Source of the DNA: Eledone cirrhosa
Lineage: Eukaryota
NCBI GenBank assembly: GCA_964016885.1
Contig: OZ024745.1
Coordinates: 115,630,001-115,694,000, forward strand
DNA: 64,000 nucleotides
Reading direction: 5' to 3'
Part shown: one piece after another, positions 26,315 to 40,935 of the stretch
How positions within the stretch are numbered: the first letter of the stretch is position 1
How the letters are laid out: each line of letters begins with the position of its first letter
Made by a program: the position numbers and the translations under genes
Notes under the pieces: generated by a model
What the model was told of the DNA's origin: nothing
What the model saw: only the letters and a program-made list of their open reading frames with translations
The model's database searches: none

Positions 26315-27990
26315 TGCTGTTATGCCTGCATTTTATTGGGGTTTTTACTCTTTCATATTATGTACATGGATGTCTTCCACATTGCTGTAGCTTTTAAAGT
26401 ATTTATTATCGGGGCTATCTTTTTTTACGAACTGCATTGTACAGTGTTTTGGTCACTACATCATGCCTCATAGGTAGATAGTACCCGGATGACATCTTTG
26501 GACAGCTGCTGATGACATGGGTGATATCCTCGATGTTAGTTCTGCAGAGTCTGCACTTGTTATCACATCTAGGTGTTTTGCCTGCATCCCTATCTCTTTT
26601 GTGAATCAGGTATTTCGTGTTAATCTCCTGTTCTTGGATTGCAAAAGCGTATCCTTCAAAGTGGGAGCCAATATAGCGCTTGTTGGTCCAAGATAGACTA
26701 CTTTGCTTATCTATATTACTCTCACTCTGGAGCTTCCTGGCAACATATCCATGCATGATCTTTTGCTGATAGGAATGCAGTTTTTCATCCATGGATTCAC
26801 TGCGATACTGCTGAGCGACTTCCATGGGTGTGAGGTTTTGATTATCACACAGGAAATATCTCTCGAGGAGTTCCTTTCCAACTCTCATGATCTTATCGGT
26901 TTCATGCAGATAGACTTGCTCGGGAAACGGGCTCCTACGCTTCGAGGTTCGTAGATGTTGTCGGGGAGATATGATGCGACATTCAAATGCTGTCTGGACT
27001 GATGTTAGGCCTCTGCCTCCCAGCTTACGTTTGAAGAAAAGGTGGTCTATGTCACTGTTGATGTGGAAGTTTCCGGTGTTGTTCAGTATTTTTCGAGTTC
27101 CAACATCAACTGCTCGGATGTCGTCTATCGTCCAATTGAGTATTCCAAACATTGGTGTTAGGACAGGCACAGCAAACACATTGTGAGCCACTGTTTTGTT
27201 TTGCGCAGAGAGTTCCGATGACCAGATCTTTCTTAATCGGGTGTAGTATTCCCTGGTTACGCGTTCCTTATTGCATATACCATTATAGGATATGTTCTCA
27301 TCTGTCCCCAGGTATCTGTAGCAGTCCTCATCAGATATCGGTGAAACAGTTAGGCCATTGATGACAATGTTGCTAGGTTGGGTTGTTGTTTCCCTCGCTT
27401 TACAGTCATATATGAGCATTTATCTTGGCCAAACTCCATTCCTATATCCTTTGAGAATGTTGTAACCAGGTCAAGATTTTTCTTCATCCCATCCATGTTC
27501 TTGGCATAGAGTTTCAGATCATCCATAAAGAAATTATAGGTTAGGTTCGTATTTCTGTCCTCCTGTGAGCCAATGATGTATCCATCACATTTCTTGTGCA
27601 GAAAGGACATGGGGTTTAATGACAGGATAAATAATATCACAGAGAGACTGTTCCCCTGAAATATACCCCTGCGATATTTTATTTTATCAGTGAAAATAGA
27701 GTCCTCCTTCTCTGTCTTTAACCTTAGCATAGTATCCCAAGAAGAAAACAGCTTCTCTATGGCTCTGACAATAATGTCTGGGACTCTAGCAAGTTGGAGG
27801 GCCTCTATCATCCAAGAGTGAGGAACAGAATCGAAAGCTTTCCTGTAGTCCAGCCAGACTGTAGCCATATTTTTCCTTAGTTGTCGCACCTCCGACATCG
27901 CAGTTTTGTAGATTAGGAGTTGTCCAGCACATCCCAAAACCCCTTTCTTTCCAGCTGCTTGTTCATCTGTGATGTTGTTGTTATTTTACA
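26315..27990 (-). mobile_element. R4/Dong-like non-LTR retrotransposon fragment (RT + CCHC; RLE endonuclease truncated)
   Basis: WLDYRKAFDSVPHSW, RRGIFQGNSLS, FMDDLKLYA, YRYLG, KLGGRGL, AIQEQEINTK, CRLC..EDITHVISSC, RHD; breaks at IKCRHN just before the expected PD motif; one frameshift near 27400. Confidence 0.88.
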
Positions 27991-29809
27991 GTGATGTATG
28001 TATGTGTATATGTATGTATGTAAGTATGTATGTATTTAAGTATTATGTATGTGTGTAGGTATGTATGTGTGTATGTATGTTGACATGTAAAGACTTACCC
28101 ATACTTGGCCAAGCATACACATGCGTACGTTCAGGCTATTATACAGTCAACAGCCAACTTAATATGACTTTTCATTTCCTAAACATAGGCAAGGTATTTC
28201 AGTGTTCCTTGTTCTTTGATTGTATGGTGCCAATATTCTTTATCACTCATATAATATTTCCAGCGCAGTCTGCCGAATAGATAGATATAATTGATAATAG
28301 TTTAACTCGATAGATAAATATATATAAAGTTCTGAAAACAAAGACAGGTAAATATATAAATATACACAGTTTTCTTTGATAAATAAAGGAACATAATGGT
28401 GATGTATTGCTTTGGTATTATTTCGTTGTAGAATAGAATATGATAAAGTCTAATGAAATCGTTTAACGTTTTTATTGGTAATTTTAGAGTTTCATTTCTG
28501 ACAGTCATACGTCAATATCGATTATGTTTGTATTCTTTTGTCACGTTCAGCACATCTAACAAACGTTAAGTGTCATTTATCGATTTAAAGTTAAATTTCA
28601 GACATTTGCTTTTTATTTCGTGACATTTTATGTTGGATATTCGAAGAAAAATGTTCAAAAACCAAGAGAATCGATAGTGTTGGGTGTAAGTTGATTATCT
28701 GTAGAGACATCTGTTCATATCCGGTTGTACCTCCTACATCATATTCACGGAAAAGACACTTATCTCTCAGTTGGACATATCAAGTTTAATGTAAATACCT
28801 AACATTGTCTATTGAGAGTATTATAAAATTAATGAGTGTTTATGGTTATATTTCAGTGCTGATTTGAACTTCTGAAAGACGGGCATCTTCAAACTAAATT
28901 TCCCTTGATAAAGAATGTGCACCTGAGATATTAAGATATGTTTCTATTGGCTGCTTGGTTCGTGAGATATCCAGAGGTATTTCTATTGGTTGCTTGGTTT
29001 TAGCTGATTTGTGTTTGAACCACCACAACAATATAACATAAAAGAATAGTTCGTATGGATGTAGTCGTTTCTGTTTATCTATATACTATTAAAACTCTTT
29101 GATTGTGTGCTTGTCTCTAATTTAATACAGCCAAAACAGCGCATAATGGGAGTAATACTTTGACAAGAAATTGCCTCTGAAACGGGAATACAAATGGCCA
29201 TACATACATACATACATACATACATACATACATACATACATACATACATACATACATACATACATCGTGTAATTGTTTATAATATTCAACTATAAATCTA
29301 TTATCTTCACGGTATTGTGAAGGTTCACAGGCAACCTGATGCAAGACCTGAAGCCAGAAATATCCATAGTTGTCGTCAGTGTGCGAAGGAGTGAAAGTTT
29401 CTAGCAGGCTTGAAAAGCCGTCCAACTCAATATATGACCATTGAACAGGCTATCTAATAATAATTATAGAGAGAACATACAGGTATGCTTTTATATTTCC
29501 GTCTCTAACCCCATATAGAGAACTCGGACCCAGCACTGGCAGGTAACGAGATTTTAAACTTTAGTCTGTACTGGTTATAAAACAATGAACCGTATTACGT
29601 TATGTCACGTATTTACAAGTAACTTCATCGATGCTAGTTTTTGCAATAGCACAATCCTTGTTGTAACACATTGAACACGTCGCTATTTGCTAGACAGCCT
29701 CACAATATATCCAACCTATTCTCTATCTCTGACTATGTGTTTTCTGTTATCAATATTATTTTGGCAAACATATTGATCCACACGTTTATAATCATTTTCA
29801 TACGAGGCC

Positions 29810-30994
29810 AATCATCTGCAGTTAGCTGATGGCGTGAATCATCTGCAGTTAGCTGATCGCGTGAATCATCTGCAGTTAGCTGATCGCGTGAATCATCTGC
29901 AATTAGCTGATCGCGTGAATCATCTGCAGTTAGCTGATCGCGTGAATCATCTGCAATTAGCTGATCGCGTGAATCATCTGCAGTTAGCTGATCGCGTGAA
30001 TCATCTGCAATTAGCTGATCACGTGAATCATCTGCAGTTAGCTGATCGCGTGAATCATCTGCAATTAGCTGATCGCGTGAATCATCTGCAATTAGCTGAT
30101 CGCGTGAATCATCTGCAATTAGCTGATCGCGTGAATCATCTGCAGTTAGCTGATCACGTGAATCATCTGCAGTTAGCTGATCGCGTGAATCATCTGCAGT
30201 TAGCTGATCACGTGAATCATCTGCAGTTAGCTGATCGCGTGAATCATCTGCAGTTAGCTGATCACGTGAATCATCTGCAGTTAGCTGATCGCGTGAATCA
30301 TCTGCAGTTAGCTGATCGCGTGAATCATCTGCAATTAGCTGATCGCGTGAATCATCTGCAGTTAGCTGATCGCGTGAATCATCTGCAATTAGCTGATCGC
30401 GTGAATCATCTGCAATTAGCTGATCGCGTGAATCATCTGCAATTAGCTGATCGCGTGAATCATCTGCAGTTAGCTGATCACGTGAATCATCTGCAGTTAG
30501 CTGATCGCGTGAATCATCTGCAGTTAGCTGATCACGTGAATCATCTGCAGTTAGCTGATCGCGTGAATCATCTGCAGTTAGCTGATCACGTGAATCATCT
30601 GCAGTTAGCTGATCGCGTGAATCATCTGCAGTTAGCTGATCGCGTGAATCATCTGCAATTAGCTGATCGCGTGAATCATCTGCAGTTAGCTGATCGCGTG
30701 AATCATCTGCAATTAGCTGATCGCGTGAATCATCTGCAATTAGCTGATCGCGTGAATCATCTGCAGTTAGCTGATCGCGTGAATCATCTGCAGTTAGCTG
30801 ATCGCATGAATCATCTGCAATTAGCTGATCGCATGAATCATCTGCAATTAGCTGATCGCGTGAATCATCTGCAGTTAGCTGATCGCATGAATCATCTGCA
30901 ATTAGCTGATCGCGTGAATCATCTGCAGTTAGCTGATCACGTGAATCATCTGCAGTTAGCTGACCACGTGAATCATCTGCAGTTAGCTGATCGC
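29810..30994. repeat. 27-bp minisatellite, ~44 copies
   Basis: Unit GTGAATCATCTGCA(G/A)TTAGCTGATC(G/A)C; 1185 bp; very homogeneous; open frame on both strands. Confidence 0.97.
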
Positions 30995-31103
30995 CCCGAT
31001 CAGAAATATTCCCCGTTTGGCGATCGGCGTGAATTACCTGAAGGAGGAGTTGTGTTATCAAAATCCCTCGTTTCACCAGGTTCACAAAATATTGAACTTA
31101 GTA

Positions 31104-31322
31104 TTGGTTTCTTATATAGGCATAAGGCCAGCAATTTTGGGGGAGGGAAAAGTCGATTAAATCGACCCCAGTGCGTTGCTGGTACTTTATTTTATCAACC
31201 CCGTAAGGATGAAAGGCAAAGTTAACCTCGGCGAGATTTGAACTCAGATCATAAAGGGCCGTAACTCTATGCTGTGAAGCCTGTTGTCCGACGCTCTACC
31301 GACACTGCCAATCCTCTGCCCT
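31104..31322 (-). mobile_element. Full-length tRNA-derived SINE, family B
   Basis: Reverse complement gives TTGGCAGTGTCGGTAGAGCG...GAGTTCAAATC...CTTTCATCCTTACGGG(G/T)T(C/T)GATAAAATAAAGTACCAG; at least 14 copies or fragments in the window. Confidence 0.85.
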
Positions 31323-31774
31323 TAATATTAAAAGCAAACTAAAATATTCGTTGATTAATTCTGAAGTGTTGCCTCTACCTGTATATTAATATTCTAGGTG
31401 GGTTGGTCAGTCTGAGAACTGGAGCCTCCAATTAAAACAACTTCAGGATCCATAGCACAGACGGTGTGTCTAGATATTTGTCGTTTCAATTCAACCATTT
31501 GCACTTAAATCAGGTTTATATAATTATTTTAACGTGGGTTCTGTACGAAATAACAATACAAATTATCACCCACACGGTTGAATATTGATAAATATCTTCA
31601 TGAGATACATGATCCCATGAAGGTTTTGCTTAGCGCTGTAAACAGTAGTTTTATCTGGATGATAAATCAATCCCGCTTCCTGGAGATTTCCAGCAGCTGG
31701 AAATATACATACATAGACATACATATATGTATATATGTATACATACATCCATATATACATTAATACGTATGTAT

Positions 31775-31833
<59 letters not shown>

Positions 31834-34735
31834 TATGTATATATATATGAAGAATTATAAAGATTTGTAAAAAAGCACCTAATGTATTTTATTTTATATC
31901 CATGTTTTGTGTATAAGAGAAAACAAAAACATAAAAAAACAATAGTTTATGTACCAATTTCGCTTAAAACAGATTTTCAAATGATTTTTCATGTTTAATT
32001 TACTGGTTTTCCCTTTGTAATATATATTTATATATCTCATAAGGAATGATAACATTTCTATTAAGATAAAAATAAAAGAAATGATAAATCTATACAGTCA
32101 GACACACATACACAGTATGTAAAGATACACAGATTCAGACATATACGCCAGTACACACAGGGACACATATCTACACACAATACATTGAGACAATCACATA
32201 CACACATATTTGCGTAGGAGAAGGCTTGTATTCACACATATCCAGGCATACAAGCTCCTTATTAGGTGCAAAGAAACGGACAGCCTCCCTTGCGCATGCG
32301 GATATATACACATACATTAGAAAACAGAAATACTTATTAGTAGAAACAGATGCAAACACACACAAAGACACATTCAGAAACGCGGATACAAACACCCAAA
32401 ATCACCCATACGGATAGAAACACATACATATGGATAGATAAAGACTCACAGTGAAAGACATTTTCGCCAAACACGTAATAATGGCCATGAATAAAATAAA
32501 GCATATCAACGATATTTGTTAGACAGTGACTGTGGTTAAATAAATAGAGAAAGAACAATATGAGAGAGGGTAGTGTGAGAAAACAGAGACAAGACAGAAA
32601 GATAAAATATAATAGATGAATCTAAAATATGATACAATAACAGACATGCCCCTGTAATTCCAGAAAGAGTCGTAAGGGGCACCATATTGATATACTACGT
32701 TTCTAGGGCGTTTTTAAACCTTTCCAGATCTGAATACAAAAGATTTCTTCTCGAGAAGGAAAGAGAGTGTGGGGAAATGGAAGTGAGAAAGAGATATAGA
32801 TGAAGAATCGATCCCAGTATTAGACTTTAACATTTTTATCAACTTTGAATGGATGAAAGGTAAAGTTGACCTCGGCACGATTTGAACTCAGAAAGCACAA
32901 AGCCGAAACGAATATTACAAAACATTCTATTACATTTGGCTTATTGTTGCTTTCAGCGGAATCTACTTTATCATAAACATTCAGACGAGATCTTCGGATA
33001 TTTTCCTTCCCTCCCCTCACCAGTTTCGAAAACCCTGCACAAAAGTTTGGTTGCTACACTTTCTATATAACTAAGCTATAAAGCATTTCGAAAATAGTTC
33101 GTTTCTTGTAGATTAAATGGTAACATCAGGATGATATATTGCATTAATGAGGAAAAACAAAATATGGTTTTGTGAATTCAACTATAGGCCATTCAATGTT
33201 GGAGTTCTCGCCAATTGGCAAAATGCCAGATGTGACAAAAATATTCCCCAGTGCACTTGAATTTTCTGTTTCTAAAGAAGATTGTGAGTTGTCAATGTTT
33301 TCAATGTGCAAAAACTTTCAAGGGAGGAGTCTCCAAATGGAAACGGTTCAATACCTAAAACCTGAAAAGAAATTAAATATGTAACAGTAACGATAAGTCA
33401 GGTAATGCTCAGACGACGGTTTAATCGTTTAATTTTCGACTTACATTTAGATATAGAATAAATGTATACAAGATTCAGAAAACACAACATCGAACTATTG
33501 AATCATAGCTTCATATCTTATAAATATAAAATAAAACGAGGAATATTGAATCCCAAACTGACCTTTAAACTCTGTAATGCTTCATGTTGGTGTCACTACT
33601 CGGTGTCATGGTCACACATACGCGTAAATGGCAGCTCAAAATCATGATGAAAACCAGGGAACACTTTTACTAGAACTCATCCACTCACATTCTCATATAT
33701 TTGATTCAGTGTCTGAAATATTAGAGATTGTATTATACAATTGTATTAGACAAGTACTAGCTATTTTAACCTAGTACTTGCAATGTTTAATATTATTTGT
33801 ATCAAGACTATAGCTGTCGTTAATTTAGGTATAATTGTGTTTTGGGTGTACAATTATGTTTTGAGGTACGATTGTGTTTGACTGAGAATTTGGGAGGTGC
33901 CCGAACTATGAAAATACTAATTCATTCACTTGCTATTTGCAGTATCCTATATATATAATTGTGGGCTTAATAGTTCAGGTGAAATAATACCTTTCATCAG
34001 GTAATACGTTATATTTAGCCTCTGTCTCCTCATCCCGGAGTAAATGTCTTATTGTAATCAGAACTTCATTCTCCGACTTAGAAGAATGGTAATATCATAT
34101 TGAAATCTACACGACGTGGACTTACAAGAAAAACCTGTGCAAATATAAAGGGATATTGCCTGTAATAATCCTCAACAACGGTTTTTATAACATCAGCGGA
34201 AGAAATCAGAATCTGATGGTTAAGCAGTTTTTTAGGTGGATCGAAATAGACTAGGTATTAGTCAGGTCAGACTGTAACAGAAGGTATCTCTTACTGTTGC
34301 ACTACATTTGTGTCGTGAGACCACCGTGCCGCAAATGAAGATGGTGTGGATCTAATTAATATAATAGATCACTTCTAAAAACAATTCTCGTAGAGATTGT
34401 TCACGTCGTTGTTGTTTTTTTTCTTCCAGCAGAATATTTATCCGAGTGAGTTATTTTGTTTGTCAAATTCTGAATAATAAAAATAAAACATGATACCATT
34501 TTCTGGTATTGTCTGTCTCCTCACCATGTATGGCTAGTGGTTGGCATCTCTGTAAGAAGCTCTTCTGTCATTTGGCAGGTTTCACTTTTAATCTCGCGGG
34601 TTTCCACACATCATCATCGCCCAGTAAACTAGGCTTGATTGGCTGATGTATTCAGCGACCACCTGACAACACACACATGCGCACTCACCACCGCCCCCGC
34701 CCCCCACACACATACTTACACTATATATATTTATA

Positions 34736-34953
34736 TATATCTATTTATTAAATATGTATATCTATTTATTAAATATTTAATATTAAATATTTATTAAATA
34801 TATATATCTATTTATTAAATATGTATATCTATTTATTAAATATTTAATATTAAATATTTATTAAATATATATATCTATTTATTAAATATGTATATCTATT
34901 TATTAAATATTTAATATTAAATATTTATTAAATATATATATCTATTTATTAAA
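34736..34953. repeat. AT-rich 67-bp tandem repeat, ~3.2 copies
   Basis: CTATTTATTAAAT register recurs at 34741, 34808, 34875 and 34942. Confidence 0.85.
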
Positions 34954-35473
34954 TGTCCAAGAGAATGACTTACAAAGATGCCGCAAAAACTGAGAAGAAA
35001 ATTTAATTTTCTGATTTGAAGAAAATTATTTAAAATTCTTCTTTTGTAAGATGTGAGCGTTCACGAATTTCTTTCATTCTTTAGTGAAATTGCGTGAGCA
35101 GATGTTATCGTTCTTGTAAATACCAAATTCGACATTTGGCTTTACAAGATATCCGTATTTATCGTATCAATGGATTAATAAATCAATTCCATTACTTGCT
35201 AAATCTTACTAAAATACTTCTCAAATTACGATAAAGATTAACTTATAATAATATGGATTAAAGGATAACTACAATTGTAATGCATTAAATTTTTATTCTC
35301 AATTCTCAACACTTGTAAGATTTTGCTGCTTTCATCAGCATAATAATTTTTGTTTTAGGACTTAATACCAAAGTAATCTTTAAATGAAGCCTAATTCTAA
35401 TTGAATGGATAACGGTACCTTCGTGAGTCTCTAGGGAGATAAGCGTTTACTCTTTCGGAGTTCGAAATTTCAG

Positions 35474-35609
<136 letters not shown>

Positions 35610-35615
35610 GACATA

Positions 35616-35707
<92 letters not shown>

Positions 35708-37849
35708 CATGCATACATATATATACATACATACATACATACATATATACATGTATATATATATATATTAGAAAGTGAGGTTTTTTTTACAAAATGAAAA
35801 ATAACCGAGGTATCCTACACGAGTGAAAGTATAAAGAAAAAAAGATGAAATCGAAAATGCAACTGGTGTCTTATTTAAAAAAAAAAAATATTTATTTGGT
35901 TCCTTTACCGGTTTCGCAGTTCTTCTGCTTTTCAAAAGTAGAGTTGAGATGGAGGGTCTGCGGTTTTTCTCACATCTGGTTGGTCTTTGAATGTTACTTG
36001 TTTTATATGGTAAAAAGTGGCTCGAAACGCCAGGTTTTTAGAGAAGTAAGTTGATTGGTTGGTCAATAAGTATAATAAATTTCGCGCCAGTTCGCGTTAA
36101 AAAGTTCTTCAAACAGGGGAGGGGGAGGAGGGCTCAGGTTGTTTTTTCATATATTAGTGTTTGAATTTCTTTTTACTTAAAAAAGGGGTTCAAGAAGGTT
36201 TTTTTTAAATAAATGTAATTTGATTGTTTATAAATGAAATTATGGTTGTCACATGAACAAGTTCATTAAATTTCACGCCCGTATTTGGGAATTTATTTTG
36301 TAGACTTTTAGAGAATTTTATGACAAACAAAAGATAATGGTCAAGAGAAATGGGATGGGAGAATTGTTCTGGTTCAGTGAATATAGCAGGTTGTTTTTTC
36401 ATATATGAGTTAAGTTTGGTTGGTTGATGTAGTCACGTGAATAAGTATATCAGCTTTCGCGTAAGTTTGTTTAATTTCAGAGCACCAATCCTAATCTTTA
36501 ATTTTTGCTGGACCGGCAATCGCTCTGTATAATAGGTTCCTGATTATTCCTGGAATTCTATAAGAATCCAGCCTCTATAATTTTCGGCAGAGGTCGGCGA
36601 GTACTAGGCTCTGAGGAACACAAAGAGTGTGAAACAGATCTGTCAGCTTATCCCCCTTCCTTTGCTGAAAAAAGAAGTAAGTGACATAGTCACTACTTTA
36701 AAACAATAGCACAAGGTCTTCAAAATGTTTTTAATTAAACATACAGTATAACACCAAATATATTATACATACATTCATGTATACATCGCTATTTCAGAGC
36801 ACCAATCCTAATTTTAAATTTTATAATGTATATAAAGTTCAAAACAATCAAAACTATTTTCAATACATTTTATTGCTGACAATCGTTTCTTCCAAAGAGC
36901 CGTTTGGTATCATCGGAGCATTTGCAAAGTTTAAACACATAATTAAGTTCCTATTCCACAGAACAATGATAAAGATACGTTGATATTATTGTTGCTATCA
37001 ATAGTGTGATATTCAAAGAGTGAGAATGTTGTGGTCTGTAGCAATGGGTATAATAAAGATTATAAAAGAATTATAAAAGAAGGTTACTCTCAAAGGAGGA
37101 CATTAATGGTACATAGGCATATATACGGTAAGAGTTCAGAGGTATCAAGCATATAAAGAACAACATGGAGAAAAAAGCAAAGGTATTAAGTATATATAGC
37201 ATAATATGGCAAAGATATCACAAATATAGGTGTAATAGGATGAACATATTAAGCAGTCAGGAATGCATGGTTAAAATATTAGGTGAAAATTGTGAAGCAA
37301 CTTGTGTAGTATACATATACAGAGTTTCGTTGGTGCATGCGTATATATATATATAGAGAGAGAAAGAGAGAGAAAGAGAGAGTGATAGAACAACAAATTT
37401 AGAAGTTAAACTAATACGTAATAATAGTGTATCCTAGCGGTTGGAGGTGTGAGGTAAAAGTTAAATATGGTGAAATATTGTATCCACTCTTTGGTGACTC
37501 AGATATATTTCCTCTTTAGTTTTCTGGTCAATATATAGGCGGAAATGATTTTATATAATCCACGGAGGAGAAGAAGAGCGCCTACCATAGACCTTCCAGA
37601 TTGTTAAGATTAATGTAGCTTGTGGTCAGCCTGATTATATGATGGTCAATGTCTGCAGAAAAACTCAAGATGGGAGAAAACCGGAATTCTGGTCTGAATC
37701 TTTGAAACAGAGGGAGCTCCGTCAAAGACATCCAATTACCCAATGGTGTTATTGAATAGAGCAGTGGACATGACTTTTAGTTTATGATTCCGTGTGCAAT
37801 TCATCGTCACGAAAGTCTTATTGTGTTTATGACAACAAAAACGTTAAAT

Positions 37850-39830
37850 GCAGTAGACTGAAACTCTAATTGTGGAAGACGTTTTCACCTTATATATTCT
37901 ACAGAAATTGGTTAAGATTGCAAAGCTAACGAATCACAACAAAGGTAAAAAAGGATTAACAAGGTACGACATTGAGAAATAGTAAAGTCATAAGAGTGTA
38001 TTTTATAAAAGTATGTCCAAAACCTATTGGCATAATCTTATCCAGAATCGATAAAATAACTGTTAATCAAATGAAATTATTTCTCATCACAGATTTTGTT
38101 TCTGTGCTTAGATAAAACAAAAATCAATATCTTAATTACTTCACGAAGAAAAGCAACAAAAGTAAGAAAACAAACAAAACATTTATCACGGAACCATTAG
38201 GAATTAGACTGTCGAAAGTATAGTCAGGATGATTAAACCTGACAAAATATAATTTATCATGCAAATTCCAAGCATTGCTGTCTCTTTATTTATACGAATG
38301 AATATCTAACGAAACTACATTTATTTCTCTATATCATCACATTCGGTATGAGATGAAAATAATAATAATTGTGAAATCAATAGGAAAAGAAAATCAATAA
38401 TACAATTTTTTAATAGCTTTAATCTTAAGGTAGAAGTAGAGAATAATTATAAAATAGTTAATTTTTTAGATGTAATATTTAACCTTAATACTGGTCTTTA
38501 TTATCCATTTCATAAAATCAATGAGAATTTAAACTATGTTAACTTTAATTCCAATCACCCGAGATCCGTTAAAAACACTATTGTAAATTCCGTACAGCAA
38601 CGTATTTCTAGAATGTCAGCGAATAAAAATATATTTGAAGATAAGTCACAATATTATAATGAAGCTTTAAGTAGAGCAGGCTATAATAATGAAATTAAAT
38701 ACATTGATAATAAAGATATGCCAATTAACCATAATTATAATTATAATTATAATTATAATAAGAAAACCTAGCACTAATTCTAAAATTAAAAGATGAAATA
38801 GAACTAGAAATGTATTATGGTTCGCTCCCCCTTTCTCATTAAGCATTAAAACTCCAATAGCTAAACTATTTTTTAAAGCTCTAGATAATTGTTTTCCCAA
38901 GACACATAGGTATCACTCAATCTTTAATAGACATACAATTAAACTATCATATTCTACCACTATGAATTTAGCGCAGAATATATATAGAATTAATAATGCT
39001 TTCTTTATTAACCACAAGTGTTTACACAAAGTAGACATTAAGGACAGTACAGGGCAATACAGGATGGTACAAATGGGCATTTCTGCGTGTAAAAAACAAA
39101 AAAACAGGATGTAATAAAAGAACAATAAAAAAATTCCCCAATAGGGGGGAGACTTCCGAGGGCCATCGTGGAGAAAGCCCATTAAAAAAATCCACGGTGA
39201 CCCTGACCACCAGGGCAAGTGTCCTCTCCCAGTTTTCCACCTTCAATTTACAGGCATATACTCAGAGTAGGTCCATTCACTCGAGCCATCTTTCACCCAT
39301 CTTTCAACAAAAAGCTGGGAATTAATAATAGAAACTTAAAACTTAACCAGAATAGCAATATCCAATATAATGATATGGTTCCCAATAATATAAATTCCGA
39401 TAAATGTAATTGTAGAAATAAATCTAACTGTCCTTTAAATAATAACTGTTTAGTTAAAAATGTAGTATACAATTGCAATGTCAAAACCAATGATAATTCC
39501 TTTAACTATGTCGGCTCTACTTCGACAGAGTTCAAATCTCGTTTCAATAATCATAAATGTTCCTTTACGAATATTGGTAAAAAATCTTCAATTTCTCTAT
39601 CCAACTTATAATGGAACTTAAAATCCAAGAATATAAACTATTCTTTATCTTGGAATATTGTCTCCAAAGCACCATCCTACACAGCTCTATCCAAACTTTG
39701 CAGCCTATGCGCCAAAGAAATATTCTTTATACTAAAATGTAAGAACTTTATTAATTTGCGTAATAATTTATTTAGTTCTTGTAAACATCGTTTAAATTCA
39801 ACTTTTAGATATATATATAAAATGTAATAT
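37850..39830 (+). mobile_element. Degenerate Penelope-like retroelement (RT C-terminus + GIY-YIG)
   Basis: NFLDVIFNL...SNHPRSVK...YYNEALSRAGY, WFAPPFSL...IFNRHTIKLSYS, CNCRNKSNCPLNNNC...VVY...NYVGSTSTEFKSRFNNHK, CSLCAKE; 5' limit uncertain. Confidence 0.85.
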
Positions 39831-40873
39831 ATGGTCAATCTTCCTTACATAACGTTTTCTATATCCAAACACCTATAATCTCATCCCTCAGATTATATCT
39901 ATATATGATTCAAGAATTTAATATATTTCTAACCTTAATAACTTCCTAAATATACAAAATACACCTATTAAATTTTTAATTTACTCCTTAAAACCTTTAC
40001 TTTTTAAAATTTCTACTTCATAAATATACTTTGTATTATTACACTTATCAATCCTACCTCCAAAAGATATATCATAACCTTTTTATATGACTACTTGAAA
40101 TTCTTTTAAGAAAAAGTTTTGAAAATTCTAAAAATTTCCTTTGAAAGACTTTCTGAAAGTTTTTGAAAAACTTCTGGTAAAGTTTTTGAAATTTCCTTTT
40201 GAAAGATACGGAAAAACCATTATTTTCATATCTTCCAATATTTTTATATCTTCCAATATTTTAAACATTTTTAATATTTATGTATTTTCATATATATCCA
40301 AATATTTATATATATGTGGAATACTGTATGTGTTATGTTTTAATTATATTTTAAGATGAATTTTTATAACTTTTTATAACTTCCTATAACTTTTTAAAGA
40401 GATTTTTTATGTATCTTTGGAGTCATTTGAGTTTTTAAAAAATCCCTTTTAACTTCCTTTAAATTTCCTTATTGTTTTTATAATCTCAATTTTTATAGTC
40501 TTAATTTATAGTCTGAATTTTTAAAAGGTTTTAATATATACTTCTAATTAAGTACTTATTCCTTTGTAAACTCTCGTAAATTTTTGTAATTTTTGGAATT
40601 ATTTGTATGTTTAAGATTTGACTTACAACTATTAATAAATTCTGGATAAATATAATTTTGCCAAACTTATTTTAATCAAATAAACTATACTAGATTTTTT
40701 CTAATGTAAAATACTATACATTTAAATAATTTATAATCTATAACATAACATACCCATCTAAACCCATCTAATACATCTTAATATATTTTAAATACTTCTT
40801 TTTGTAATATATCCTATTTTAATTAAATTTTAATTACATTTTTAATTAAATTCTAACAATATTTTAAAATCTT

Positions 40874-40935
<62 letters not shown>

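Noticed and set aside
29810-30994. CRISPR array
   Set aside because: Units are head-to-tail with no unique spacers, there are no cas genes, and the context is eukaryotic.
29834-31225. 463-aa + strand ORF (NHLQLADRV)n as a gene
   Set aside because: Starts at GTG inside the array and runs out into a SINE; openness follows from a stop-free 27-bp unit.
33112-33400. Host exon (TTCTTGTAG acceptor, 70-aa ORF)
   Set aside because: No recognisable domain and no phase-consistent partner exon.
38790-38800. Selenocysteine TGA in the Penelope-like ORF
   Set aside because: Falls in a basic stretch where Arg (CGA/AGA) is expected, in a copy with other stops; no SECIS identified.
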